Assembly: GCA_963785305.1 (NCBI GenBank)
Contig: CAWAUV010000001.1
Span: 64,001 to 128,000 of the forward strand
Direction of reading: 5' to 3'
Length of the DNA stretch: 64,000 nucleotides
DNA from: an uncultured Planctomycetaceae bacterium
GTDB lineage: Bacteria; Planctomycetota; Planctomycetia; Pirellulales; PALSA-1355
Each line of letters begins with the position of its first letter. Within the stretch, counting starts at the first letter, position 1. Position numbers and translations under genes: made by a program. Shown here one piece after another: positions 21,817-33,738 of this stretch. The notes beneath the pieces are model-generated. The model did not search any database. It had not been told where the DNA came from and worked only from the letters and a program-made list of their open reading frames with translations.

Positions 21817-23190
21817 TCAGCGCTCGAAAGCACCCACATCGGGCGCCGCGCCGTCGAAGGGCTCGCCGAGATCGACGCCGCGATCCACCAAGCGGCTCCC
21901 GTCCGACGGATGCAATAGCGAGATCGTGGGCAGCGCACCATCGTTCGCGCGTGGGTGCAGCAGTTCACTTTCATCGAGACTCGCGAAATCGCGGTCCGTG
22001 AGCTCCAAAGGCATGTCAAACGAGTCGCCCGCCGCGTCGCAGCGAGCGGCGTCGTAGCGCGAGATCGCCACTCGCGAGCCATAAGCGAGATTGTTGCGTA
22101 GGCGGTGGTCAAATCCGTCGATATCCGTGCGATTGTCCGGCAAGCGGGCGAGCATGTTGAAATTCGTGCCATTGCGGTAAGCCGTGTTGGCGATCCAGTC
22201 GCTGCCGCCCGGATGGTGGTTCGCATAGAAGCCGCTGGCTTTATTGCGCGCCGCCAGCGAGCGGCGGGTCATGTGGCGGGGAATCGTCGTCGGCAGCTTT
22301 TCGGCCGGTGTCGTGCCGTAGCCGCCCGCTTTGAAGCCATTGCCATCGCCCAACGAGGCGAAGTCGGGCGAGAAGCCGTTGTAAAACGCCCAGCAGTGGT
22401 CGAAAGTCACGGTCTCGCGCGCCCCGATGCAGTCGAAGCCATCGTCGCTGTTGAACCAAGCTCGGCAACCGCGAAACACATTGCCCTTGGCGCCCGCGGG
22501 CGGATGGCAACCGAAACCATCGACATTGCCGCCCTTTCCATCCTCGGAAGTGAAGTCGTGGTTCCGGTAGGCGTCGCAGTTGAGAAAAAGATTGTCTCCG
22601 CCGCGAACGCTGTAGACGCCGATCGCTTGCCCGTCGTGGATGCCGAGCCGTTCGTAGATGTTGTGAGCGCCATCGTTTTCGAATCCGATCGACTGCGTAT
22701 GGCCGCGGATCGTCACCTGCATTCCGATCACCTCGAGCCCCCGCAAATGCAGCCACGAGCCGCCAATATGAAAAGCGTCGACCCGCAGGCCCTCGGGCTT
22801 CACGGCCGAATAGTCGAACACGGGGCGTTCCTCGGCGTAGGCCCAGTAGCGAATTGGCTTGCCGGGCTCGCCGCTTTTATCGAGGCTCGTGACATAGGCG
22901 ATCTGGTTGCGGCGCCGCGCGATATGATCTTCCGACATCGCATAGGTTCCACCTCGCACATACACGGTGTCGCCCGGCGCCGCCGTGCGCTCGCCGCGCT
23001 GGATGGTGGCGAAGGGGCTTTCGAGCGAGCCGGCGTTGGCGTCGCTGCCGGTGGGCGCGACAAAAAACATCGCGGCCTTCGCGCTCGCCGACGCGACCCA
23101 CGGCAAAACCCAAGCAAGCGCCGCCCCGCATGAAACGGCAATGATGGCCCGGAGCGCTCGGGTTGCTCGACGCTCAAGCGAGCGATGCAT
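21817..23190 (-). CDS. Secreted right-handed beta-helix polysaccharide lyase (PL9/pectate-lyase-like)
   Basis: FVAPTGSDANAGS..PFATIQ, PGDTVYVRGGTY, GNVDGFG, NSDDGFD, GDGNGFKAGG, APDVGAFE. Confidence 0.85.
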   Translation of the reverse strand: MHRSLERRATRALRAIIAVSCGAALAWVLPWVASASAKAAMFFVAPTGSDANAGSLESPFATIQRGERTAAPGDTVYVRGGTYAMSEDHIARRRNQIAYVTSLDKSGEPGKPIRYWAYAEERPVFDYSAVKPEGLRVDAFHIGGSWLHLRGLEVIGMQVTIRGHTQSIGFENDGAHNIYERLGIHDGQAIGVYSVRGGDNLFLNCDAYRNHDFTSEDGKGGNVDGFGCHPPAGAKGNVFRGCRAWFNSDDGFDCIGARETVTFDHCWAFYNGFSPDFASLGDGNGFKAGGYGTTPAEKLPTTIPRHMTRRSLAARNKASGFYANHHPGGSDWIANTAYRNGTNFNMLARLPDNRTDIDGFDHRLRNNLAYGSRVAISRYDAARCDAAGDSFDMPLELTDRDFASLDESELLHPRANDGALPTISLLHPSDGSRLVDRGVDLGEPFDGAAPDVGAFER

Positions 23191-23214
23191 GATTTTCGAT
23201 CCTTCCGGGGGCTT

Positions 23215-23528
23215 TCAATGTCCGCTCATCGAGCGCGCCTGGGCCATGGCGTCCTCGGCCTCGCGAATCTTGCCGGCCCGCTGATACGTCACGCTCAGAG
23301 CCGTGAAGCTAAACGCATCGTTCGGATCGAGTTCGCACACGCGGAGCGCGTGGCGGATCGCTTCGTCCGGCGCTTGAGTCGTGTGTAGAGCACCGCGAGG
23401 GCCGAATGGGCCAACGCATAGTCGGGCTCTTGGGCCGTGAGCTCGAGCAGCTTGGCCACCGCTTCCTCGTTGTTGCCGCTGTTCCTCAGGCGATCGGCTT
23501 CATCGTACAAGTCTTCCTTGGTCCGCAT
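23215..23528 (-). CDS. Small TPR-like protein (frameshifted)
   Basis: MRTKEDLYDEADRL...YALAHSALAVLY then DEAIRHALRVCELDPNDAFSFTALSVTYQRAGKIREAEDAMAQARSMSGH. Confidence 0.75.
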
Positions 23529-23646
23529 GCGTGAGAGTCTCCAAATTGGCGAAAGGGAATATCGAAACTCGGCGAAGCGACTCGCGCGAATCGCCGCCTC
23601 GAAAAACAGATGGATCGTGGAGCGTTGGAATGATCGGGCGCTTGTT

Positions 23647-25287
23647 TTATTTCGTCGCGGAGCTCGGCTCCGCGGCGGATTTCGCCGCGGCCTTGCCGTT
23701 TTGCGGCTTGAGCCACTGGTCCCATTGCTGGAGTGTCTTGTCGTGGTGCAGGCGTCCGCTCTTGTTGATGATTTGCCGAATCCAGTTACCCATCTGCGGA
23801 TCGAGAAAACGCCGCCGCGGCCAAAGTTCGGCCAGTTTGCTCGCCGCCGCCGCGGAGTCGCCCGCATGGTAAAGCACGACCGCCGAGCCGGCCAAGCCAA
23901 AGGATTCGAACTCGGCTTCGAGGTCCGATTCCTTGCTGCCCGCCGGCGCTCCAAAGCCTTTGAGCTGTCGCACTTGGTCATCGTCGAGGTCTTCGAGTTT
24001 ATCGAAAAGCGGCAGCGCTCGCGAATAATCCTCTTGCTGCAAATACATGCGCGCAAGCTGCTGCTCGGCGCGAAGGTCGAAGTACGTGCCCGGATAATAA
24101 TCGCTCACGGCCCGCCAAGCTTCTTCATTGTCGGCGAAGAGGGCATAAACATATTGCGCCTCGGCCGATTTCTGACGCTCGACCGGCGCCTTGCTCGAAG
24201 TCGCCAGCGGCGCGAGCGGCGATTGGCGCCGCGACCAAGACCAACCGAGTCCCGCGAAAAAAGCCGCCAACACCGCGATCATCGCCAGCCGACGGCCGCG
24301 CGTGCGCGCCGGGTTTTTCGAACGGCGCGCGCATCAGCCCCGAGAGTTGGGCCACCGAGGCTTGCCGGGTTGCGCGGCGCCGCTCGCGTCGTCGCCGCGC
24401 CAGTGCTCGACCAGCGCCAAGTCATCGGCGGCTCCGCGGCTCTCGGGCAGCGACCTCAAGTCTTGCAGCAGCGCACGGGCCGATGCATAGCGGTCGGCCG
24501 GGTTCTTGGCCAACATCTTATGAATAATGCGGCACACTTCGAGCGGCAGATCGGGCCGCGCATGCTCGAGCGGCGCGGGAGTATTCTGCAAATGCTGCAC
24601 CGCCACGCTGAGCGCCGTGTCGCCGCGAAAGGGTGTTTGACCCGCGAAAATCTGGTAGCAAGTCACGCCGAGCGAATAAATATCGCTTCGCGGATCGAGC
24701 GACCGGCCCTCGACCTGCTCGGGGCTCATGTAGAGCGGCGTGCCCATCGTGAAACCGGCCTGGGTCAGGTTCGACGAAACATCATCGTCGCGCAGCCGCG
24801 CGAGTCCGAAATCGGCCACCTTCACTTCGCCATGCTCGTTGAGCATGATGTTTTCGGGCTTGATATCGCGATGCACGATGCCCTGCTCGGCCGCTTTTTG
24901 GAGCGCCGCCGCCACTTGACGCATGATCGAAAGCGCCACCGGCAGTTCGGGCATGCCGCTGCGAGCCAGGGCCTGCTGCAAGTTGTAGCCCGGCACATAT
25001 TCTTGGGCGATAAAATGCACGCCATCGACACAGCCGACTTCGTAAATTTGCACGATATGGGCATGAATCAGCGACGCCGCGGCTTGCGCTTCGCGCACAA
25101 AGCGGCGCACATACGTATCGTCGCCCGAAAGCGACTCGCGGAGCACTTTGAATGCCACTCGGCGCTTGAGCGAGACCTGCTCGGCCAAATACACCTCGGC
25201 CATGGCGCCGCAGCCCAGCCGGCGCAGCAAATGATAGTCGCCCAGGCGGCGGCCAGCCAAATCTTGCTCGGTGGGAGATTCGGTCAT
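23647..25287 (-). CDS. Hanks-type Ser/Thr protein kinase with TM segment and TPR-like C-terminus (frameshift ~24340)
   Basis: LGCGAMAEVY, VAFKVL, HRDIKPEN, DFGLA, GTPLYMSPEQ, SDIYSLG; TM VLAAFFAGLGWSW. Confidence 0.9.
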
Positions 25288-25649
25288 GAGGGGAATCGAA
25301 GCGTTCTGAGAGGGAAAACCCCGGCGCCGACGCGGTTCAAACTGCTTCAGTATGCCCCGCGCACGCGCGAATGACAACCAAGCGCCGCCGAGATCCGGCC
25401 CGGCGCGAATAATGCTTTCCCGGGAGAAAAGCACCCCCGCAAACGCCTCCGCTCACCGCGCGGAGCCGACCCGCGCTACTCGCCCCGGCTCGCCGCGGTT
25501 GTCCGCCAAAAGCAAATTCGGACAATTCGGCCGCGGGAGATCCGTCGGCGAACCTTGACAATTTCTCGCCGGCGTCCTAGATTGCCTGTTCGCTTTCTAA
25601 CTCCCCCAAAGCATTCCGTTGCGTTGCCTCCGCGCGCGACGCACCCGGC

Positions 25650-28427
25650 ATGGGCCTTGCTATTCGTCCCGCCATCGATCTCCCCGCGGTGGCGCAATCG
25701 CTGAATCTCTCGCTGGCGCAGGTCACGGCCGTGGCCTCGCTATTCGACGACGGCAACACCGTGCCGTTTATTACCCGCTACCGCAAGGACCAGACCGGCG
25801 GTCTCGACGAAGAGCAGGTTCGCGAAATCCAGTCGCGGCTCACGCGGCTCAAATTGCTCGCCGAGCGCAAGCAAACCATCCTTCGCTCGATCGAGTCGCA
25901 GGGCAAACTCACTCCCGAGCTGGCCGCCGAGATCGAAAACGCCGACGGCGCCAAGCAGCTCGAAGACCTGTACCTGCCGTTCAAGCCCAAAAAGCAAACC
26001 CTCGCGACCACGGCCCGGGAACGTGGCCTCGAGCCGCTGGCCGACGAAATCGTGGCGGCGGAATGCCAGAATCTCGACTCGCGAGCCGCCGATTTCGTGA
26101 ATCCCGACCGCGGCGTGCCCACCCCGGCCGACGCGCTCTTGGGCGTGGGACATATTCTTGCCGAGCGGTTCAGCGAGCGGGCCGACCTGCGGCGCCGGCT
26201 CCGCAAGATCGTCAATCGCACGGGCCGGCTCGCCAGCGCGCGCGGCGAGGGCGATGAAAAAGCGGCGCAGGGCTTTCGAGACTATTTCGAATTCGGCGAG
26301 CCGCTCGAACGCGTGCCGCCGCATCGCGTGCTGGCGATCAATCGCGGCGAAAAAGCGAAATTTCTCCGCGTCAAAGTCGAAGTCGACCTCGACGCCATGC
26401 ACCAAGCGGCCGACGAACTGCTTGTGCCTCCCAGCCATCCGCATGCCGACTTTCTGCGCGGCTGCGCCCGCGACGCGCTCTCGCGGCTCGTGGTCCCGAG
26501 CCTTGAACGCGAAGTGCGCCGCGAGCTCACCGACTGGGCCGAGTCGCATGCCGTGCATGTGTTTGCCCGCAATCTGCGCAACTTATCTGCTGCAGCCGCC
26601 CGTGCGACATCGTCGCGTGCTGGCGATCGATCCGGGCTTCAAGAGCGGATGCAAGCTCGCCGCGCTCGACGAATTCGGCGCGCTCCTGGACCAGGCGGTC
26701 GTGCATATCGTGGGCAAGGCCGAGCGGCGCGAGCAAGGCAAGCTCAAAATCGTCGAGATGGTCAAGCAGCACCAGCTCGCGCTGATCGCGATCGGCAACG
26801 GAACCGCGTGTCGCGAGACCGAAGAACTTGTGACGGAGCTGATCGCCGGCGAATTGAGCGGCGCGGGCGTGGCGTATGTGATCGTGAACGAAGCCGGCGC
26901 CAGCGTCTATTCCACGAGCCCGCTCGGCCGCGAGGAGTTGCCCGCCTTCGACGCCACGGTGCGAAGCGCCGTGTCGATCGGCCGCCGGCTGCAAGACCCG
27001 CTTTCGGAGTTGGTGAAGATCGACCCGGCCAGCATCGGTGTCGGTCTCTATCAGCACGATGTCAAAGCCAAGCATCTGCGCGTGTCGCTCGACGCCGTGG
27101 TCGAGTCGTGCGTCAACTACGTGGGCGTCGACCTGAATACGGCCAGTCCGGCGCTCTTGCGATATGTTTCGGGCCTGAATCAATTGACGGCGCGGCGCCT
27201 GTTCGACTATCGCCAGCAACATGGCCCGTTTCGCAATCGCGAACAACTGCGCGATGTGCCGGGTTTCGGCGACGCGACCTTCGTGCAGTCGGCCGGCTTC
27301 TTGAAAATCAACGGCGACAATCCGCTCGACGCAACTTGGATTCACCCTGAAAGTTACGAACTGGCCGCCCGGGTGCTCGAGCGCGTCGGCGAGGCGCCGA
27401 CCGGACTCGCCGACAAGGAAAGCATGACCCGCATCGCGGAACGCTCGGCGGCGCTCGATGTCGAGCCGCTGGCGGTCGAATGGGGCGCCGGGCGCTCTTG
27501 CTCCGCGATATTCTCGCCCAACTGATCCGCCCGGGCCGTGATCCACGCGAAGACCTGCCGCCGCCGATCTTCAAGCAAGGCGTGCTCAAGCTCGACGATC
27601 TGTCGCCGGGCATGGAGCTGACGGGCGCCGTGCTCAATGTGGTCGACTTCGGCGCGTTCGTCGATATCGGGCTCCATGACACCGGGCTCGTGCATATCAG
27701 CCAGCTCTCGACGAAGTTCGTGCGTGATCCGCATGAAGTCGTGTCGGTGGGCGACATCGTGCGTGTTTGGGTGCATGAGATCGACAAAACTCGTCGCCGG
27801 GTGTCGCTGAGCATGATTCCGCCAGGCGCGGAGCGAAGCGCTCGCGAGCGCGGACCGAATCGCGGTCGTTCCGCGGGCGAAGGCGGCGAGCAGCCGGCCG
27901 ATGGCTCGGGCGAGAATCGTCGCGGCGATGGCCAACGACGCGGCCGCAGTCGCTCGGATCGAGCGCGGCGCGGTGGGGCCGAGCGTGGCGCCGCGGCCAG
28001 CGGCGCCACGGTCCCCGCGGTCGCTTCTCCGAGCGAGGCGCAGCTCGAACCGGCGCTACAGGGCGCCGCGGGGCAAGACCCCGGGCAGCAGGGCTCGGCG
28101 CGGCAGGGTGGACCGCGGCAAGGCGGGCGATCGCAAGGGCCCGGCCGGCAAGGGCAATATCGACAAAATCAGAATCGACCGGGTGGCGGGCGAAATCAAC
28201 AAGGCGGCAATGATCGCGGCGGTCAGCAGCGTCGATCGCAGGGCGCGGCGTCACGTCCACCGAAGCCGGCCCGTCCTCCGAAGCCGCTCCCGCCGCTGAC
28301 CAAGGACATGAAGGCGGGCAAAGAGCCGCTGCGAACATTCGGCGATCTCAAACAATTCATGGAGCTCAAGAGCCAACCCGATTCGCCGCCGAGCGACGCC
28401 GATGGCGGAAGCGAGCCGAAAAGCTAA
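25650..28427 (+). CDS. tex: Tex/YhgF-family RNA-binding transcription accessory protein with S1 domain (two frameshifts)
   Basis: GNTVPFITRYRKDQTG, LEDLYLPFKPK, IDPGFKSGCK, VNEAGASVYS, GVGLYQHDV, S1 VVDFGAFVDIG. Confidence 0.92.
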
Positions 28428-28907
28428 TGGACTTTCAAAAGCGGTTGGAAAAAGCGGTCGAGCGCGGCAAGCGCGTATTCGAGGCCCGCGCAGGCCGAGG
28501 CTGAAAAGGCGCTCAGCGAAGAAGAGCTAAAGCGGCTGCACTCGCAATATCGGCTTGAATTTTCCGAGCATATCGAGTCGTGTTTGCAGCAGATCGCCCA
28601 GCAGTTTCCCGGCTTTCAAATGGAATTGATCGTGGGCGATCGCGGTTGGGGCGCGGCGATCCGGCGCGACGATCTGTCGCTGGGCGGGGGCCGGCGTTCG
28701 AACTTCTACAGCCGGTTGGAAATGACGATCCGCCCGTTTTCCCCGTCGCATGTCGTCGAGCTCGCCGCCAAGGCCACGGTGCGAAACAAGGAGATTTTCA
28801 ACCGCAGCCAATATCAGCCGCTGGGCAAGGCCGATGCCCAGTCGTTCCACGACCTGATCGATATGTGGGCGCTCGAATATGCCGAGGCCTATGCCATGGG
28901 CGACTAG
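28427..28907 (+). CDS. Hypothetical protein translationally coupled to tex (frameshifted)
   Basis: TAATG overlap; MDFQKRLEKAVERG...LSEEELKRLHSQYRL...YSRLEMTIRPFS...WALEYAEAYA. Confidence 0.7.
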
Positions 28908-29284
28908 CCGCGGCCGGTTCGGCTGGGACAAACGGGCGATTTGGCGCTAGGCGCCTTGTTATCCGGCGCCGCTCGCCTTGTGAACGTCCAGTTGCTTCGC
29001 CGGGCCGACAGCGAAAAACGCGGGCGTTCGGCTGTTCTTCGGCAAAATCGTGGGCTAGATTAGCGACCCTTTATTTTTTTCCCGAGTGGCATGCCGCTTG
29101 AACACACTGTGCGAATTCGCCCCGATCTCCGGACCCAACCGAGTCGTTCGCCCCGAGGCGATTTCCGCGGTCGGGCCCTGGGTGAATCCTCCATGCGTTT
29201 CGATTCAAACTCATCAACCCATGCCACGCCGCGCCGCTTAAACCAGGTTCGGCAAGCGGTAATCTTTCGGGAGCGCTGTTCGTA

Positions 29285-32036
29285 ATGACCAAAGACGACG
29301 ATCTCTTGCGCCGCGACGTGCGGCTGCTCGGCGACATGCTCGGACGCGTAATCACCGATCTGGCTGGCGACGACGCCTTTCAACTCGTCGAACAAATTCG
29401 CTTGCTCTCTCGCCAGCGGCGCGCCGGCGCCCCGGAGGCCGAGGGCCTGCTGGCCGCCAAGATCGCGGAGCTCGACTACGATTCGGCGCGCACCGTGGCC
29501 CGCGCATTCAGCATTTTTTTCGATCTGGCCAATATCTCCGAAGACCGCCAACGGGTGCGGGTGCTCCGCGCGAGAAAAGAGCGCGACCCGGCGCCGCTCT
29601 CCGAGTCGCCGGGAGCCGCCATCGGCGAGCTCAAGCGGCGCGGCTTCACGACCGTGGCGGTGCAGCAGGCGCTCGATGCGCTTTCGATCGAGCTCGTGTT
29701 CACGGCGCACCCGAGCGAAGCCAAGCGACGGTCGATTCGCGGCAAGCTTCGCCGCATGCGACATCAATTGCAGGAATACGATCGGGCGGATCTCGTGCCG
29801 CGCGAGCGTCGCACGCTCGAAACACAGCTCCTCGCGGAGCTCGCGGTCTTGTGGCAGACCGAGTTCCTGCGGCCGGTGCGTCCCACGGTGCTCGAAGAAG
29901 TGGAGCGTGGGCTCTCGATCATGCCGCGGCTTTGGGAGGTCGTGCCGGGGGTGTATCAGGCCATGCGGCGGGCGCTGGCCGAGCATTATCCCGATCACAC
30001 GTTTCATGTGCCGGTCTTCTTGCGATTCGGCTCCTGGATGGGCGGCGACCGCGATGGAAATCCGAATGTCACGACCGAGGTCACGGCCCGCACTCTTTGC
30101 CGGTTGCGGAGCGCGGCGATCGATCACCATTTGGCGATCGCCCGGCGGATGTATGACTACCTTACCGTCTCGCTCGAAGCCGATCCCGGCGCCGCGGAAT
30201 TCGGCGCGCGCGTCGACGCGGCGATTTCCCGCTGGCCGGCGCTCGAGGAAAAGCTGGCCGATGTGGCGCCGCGCGAAGTCTACCGTCGCTGGATCCGCGT
30301 GATCGAATTTCGGCTCGAACAATCGCGAACCGCGAATATCGAAGCCCCCGCGCTGGCGGGAAACTATTTCGATCCCGAGGAGTTCACGGCCGATATCGCG
30401 GCGATCGTCGAGCGACTCGCGGCCACTGGCGATCGGCTGGGGCTCGATATCGAGGCCCAGCGCTGGCTCGATCTGGCGCGGGCCTTCGGCCTGCATCTCA
30501 CACGGCTCGACATCCGCCAAGATTCGCGGCGCTATCTGGAAGTGATGCACGAAGTGCTTGCCGCCGCGGGCGTGGTCGACGACTTCATGGCGCTCGACGA
30601 GCCGGCCCGCGTCGCGGCGCTGGCGCAAAGCATGGGCTCGGTTCCGGCGTTCGCCATCGCGAAGCTTTCACCGCTGGCGCACGACACGCTCGAACTCTAT
30701 CGGCTGCTCCAACGGGCAAGCGTGCGCTTCGGCGCGATCGCGCTGGGCGACAATGTGATTAGTCTTACTCAAGCGGCGAGCGATGTGTTTAGCGTGCTCT
30801 GGCTCTGGCGATGGGCGCAGGCCGAGGCCGAACGGCGCGGCGAGCCGCGCGCCCGCGCGATCTGACGATTTCTCCGCTCTTCGAAAAAATCGGCGATCTC
30901 GAACGCGCCCCGGCCACGCTCGAAGCCATGCTCGCCGAGCCCGTGTACGCCGAACATTTGGCCGGCGCCGGCAATCGGCAACCGGTCATGGTCGGCTATA
31001 GCGACAGCACCAAGGACGGCGGCTATCTGGCTGCTTGCTGGGGACTCTTTCTCGCGCAAGCGCGCTGCAACAAGCAGCGGCCAAGCATGGCGTGCAAATC
31101 ACGTTTTTCCATGGCCGCGGTGGCTCGCTCGGCCGCGGCGGCGGCCCGGCCGCGCGCGGGATTCTCTCGTTGCCGAAGCCCTCGCTCAATGGTTCGCTAC
31201 GGCTCACCGAGCAAGGCGAAGTGCTAGCCGAACGCTACGACGATGTGCAGATCGCCTTCCGCCATCTCGAGCAAGTGACCTGGGCCACGTTGATCGGCGC
31301 CACGAGCGATCAACCGCCGCCCGAACCGGCATGGCTGAAGATCATGCAGCGGCTCTCGGATCGCTCGCTCGCGGCTTATCGGGAGCTGGTCGATCAGCCC
31401 GGCTTCATGCAGTTTTTCGTGGCCACCACGCCGATCGAGGAAATCGAGGAGTTGCCGATCGGCTCGCGCCCTCGCGCCGCCGCGGCGAACGCACGCTGGG
31501 CGATCTGCGCGATTCCGTGGGTGTTTTCCTGGACCCAAAACCGCTGCATTATTCCAGCTTGGTACGGGCTCGGAGCGGCGCTCGCCGAGCTGAAGACGAC
31601 CGACGATGTCGCTTGGCGCACGGTCGGCGCCATGTATCGCGACTGGCCGTTTTTTCGCGCCGCGATCGACAACGCCGCCTTGGCCCTGGTCAAGGCCGAC
31701 ATGTTCGTCGCCAGCCGTTATGCGGATCTCGTCGAGTCGGAGGAGGTCCGCGCGGCCTGCTGGTCGCGAGTGGTGGCTGAATTTGGCCGCACTCGGCAAG
31801 CGGTCGTCGAGCTCATGGGCGGCGATTCCTTGCTCGGCGCCATGCCCTGGCTCGAACGTTCGATCGAGGCGCGAAACCCTTATGTCGATCCGCTGAACTT
31901 GATTCAAATCGAGTTCATGCGCCGTCGCCGGGCCAAGGCCGCTGGCGAACTCGACGCCGCCGAGGCCGAGACGTTGCGCAATCTGCTGCGGCTTTCGGTG
32001 CAAGGCGTCGCCGCCGGCATGCGCACGACCGGGTAG
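29285..32036 (+). CDS. ppc: Phosphoenolpyruvate carboxylase (several frameshifts)
   Basis: VFTAHPSEA, SWMGGDRDGNP, LDIRQDS, PLFE, MVGYSDSTKDGG, FHGRGGSLGRGGGP, TEQGE, AIPWVFSWTQ, AAGMRTTG. Confidence 0.95.
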
Positions 32037-32054
32037 TCATCTCGCGTTGGAAAA

Positions 32055-33642
32055 TCAGGACTTTGCCAACACGGCGATCGCCCCCAGCGGAATGCCGACC
32101 CAGTCGGGGCGATTGTTCAGTTCGTAGCGAAGTTCATAAACCGCCTTTTCCAGAATGAAGGCGTCCAGAAGCATCGAAACTTCCTCGGGAGTCGAGGGCA
32201 CGAACGCCGCGCCGAGCGTCGCCTGCTCGTAGCCGGCGCGATAGGCCCCCGACACATACTCCAGCCACGGCTTGCCCCAAGCGGCAAGCAAGGCGCGATC
32301 GCCCTCGGACCGATTCGCCAGCGCATCGTTGGTCGCCACCGCCAGGGCATAGTCAAACGACCGCAACATGCCGGCCACGTCTTTCAGCGGCGATTGCTTG
32401 GCGCACCGCTCGTCGAGCGATCGCGCCGGCTCGCCCTCGAAATCCAAGATCGCGAAGTCGTGCCCGGTGAATAACACTTGGCCCAAGTGATAATCGCCGT
32501 GGCAGCGAATCCTTTGACCCGAAAAAGGGTGAGCGGTGAGATGGTCGAATCGTTCGATCAGCTTCGCTTGCCCGGCCAATGCGGCGCGGCCGAGCGCCGC
32601 GGCGTTTGCAGGCAAGCCGCCGATGCGATCGGCCAGCAAATTCAGCGTGTCGCGCAGCTCGCGCTTGCCGGATTCGGCCAGCGCGCGAGCGGCGGAGGCG
32701 TCGAACGGCTCGGGTTTGAAATCGAGATCGAGCAAGTTATCCGCGAGCGCGGAGTGCATCTCGGCCGTGCGTCGACCGAGCAGCTTGGCGTCGGGCCCAT
32801 ACGAGGCCACAAGCTGCCCGGCGAGCGCCAAGTTGTCAAGCGAAGCAGCCGTGGCGACGGGCGGCAATTGCGAGAAATAGGCATCGAGCTTCTTAAGCGT
32901 ATGGGTCCACGCGTCGCCTTCGTTGGCGATCAGCGCCTGCAACACGGCGACGCTCGCCGGCGCCTCGGCCGGCGACGCATTCGCGGCCGATGGTTTCGCG
33001 GCCGATATTTCGGGGCCGCGATATTCAATCGTGCCCGCCACCGCGGGCGAATGCTTGAAACCGGCGCCATCGGTGAGCCAAACTCCGATCTCGACCTCGG
33101 GATTCGGCCCCGCGTCGAGTCGGCGAAATAGTTTTAAGATCAATCGATCGCCATAGATCACTGAAGTATTGCTTTGCTCGGCGCCGACCGCTCGGGCCGG
33201 GAGCGAAGCGGCGTCGCCCCGCAGAGTGGCAAAGTGCTTGCCGGGCGTTCCGATCAGCACTCCGCCGCGAGCCGTGGCCACGCTCTCGTTGCCCGCGATC
33301 ATGTCGAGCAACGTCGCGGCGAACCTCGCGTTGGCGAGTGGATCGCAGAGCACCACCGGCGAACCCGGTTGCAGTTCACATAACACGGCGCTCGACTCGG
33401 CTTCGGCAGCCGCGGGTCGCGGCCGAGGCCAGCGGCAGGCAATATCGCTCGCTGGGCCCACGGTCGAACATCACATCGACAATCGCGAGCACGCCCATCG
33501 GCAGCGAACAGGCGTCGGCTAATCGCACCCGGCGCACGGCGCGGGCCTTCGAGCGAAACCAGCGCTGCCGCGGCAACGCGTCGACCAACCGATTCTCGAC
33601 AATCGAGGTGAGCGACCCCAGATCGAGACGATGCGAGTCCAT
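32055..33642 (-). CDS. Maltokinase (Mak/Pep2, TreS C-terminal-like), frameshifted
   Basis: LPRQRWFRSK, AEQSNTS, RCHGDYHLGQVL, DFEGEP, DVAGMLRSFDY, EKAVYELRYELNNRPDW. Confidence 0.9.
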
Positions 33643-33738
33643 GCAAATTCCTCCAGAATCCGCTCACGCGGAGCGAGGCTCGGGTTTGGGCGCCCGAATC
33701 ACGCGACGCGGGCATTGCATCGAGAAAGCCGGAACGTG

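Noticed and set aside
23437..25374. Long antisense ORFs (e.g. 23437..25374, 33991..35739, 60456..62357, 1057..2244, 29060..30628)
   Set aside because: Shadow frames of well-supported genes on the opposite strand, expected at high GC.
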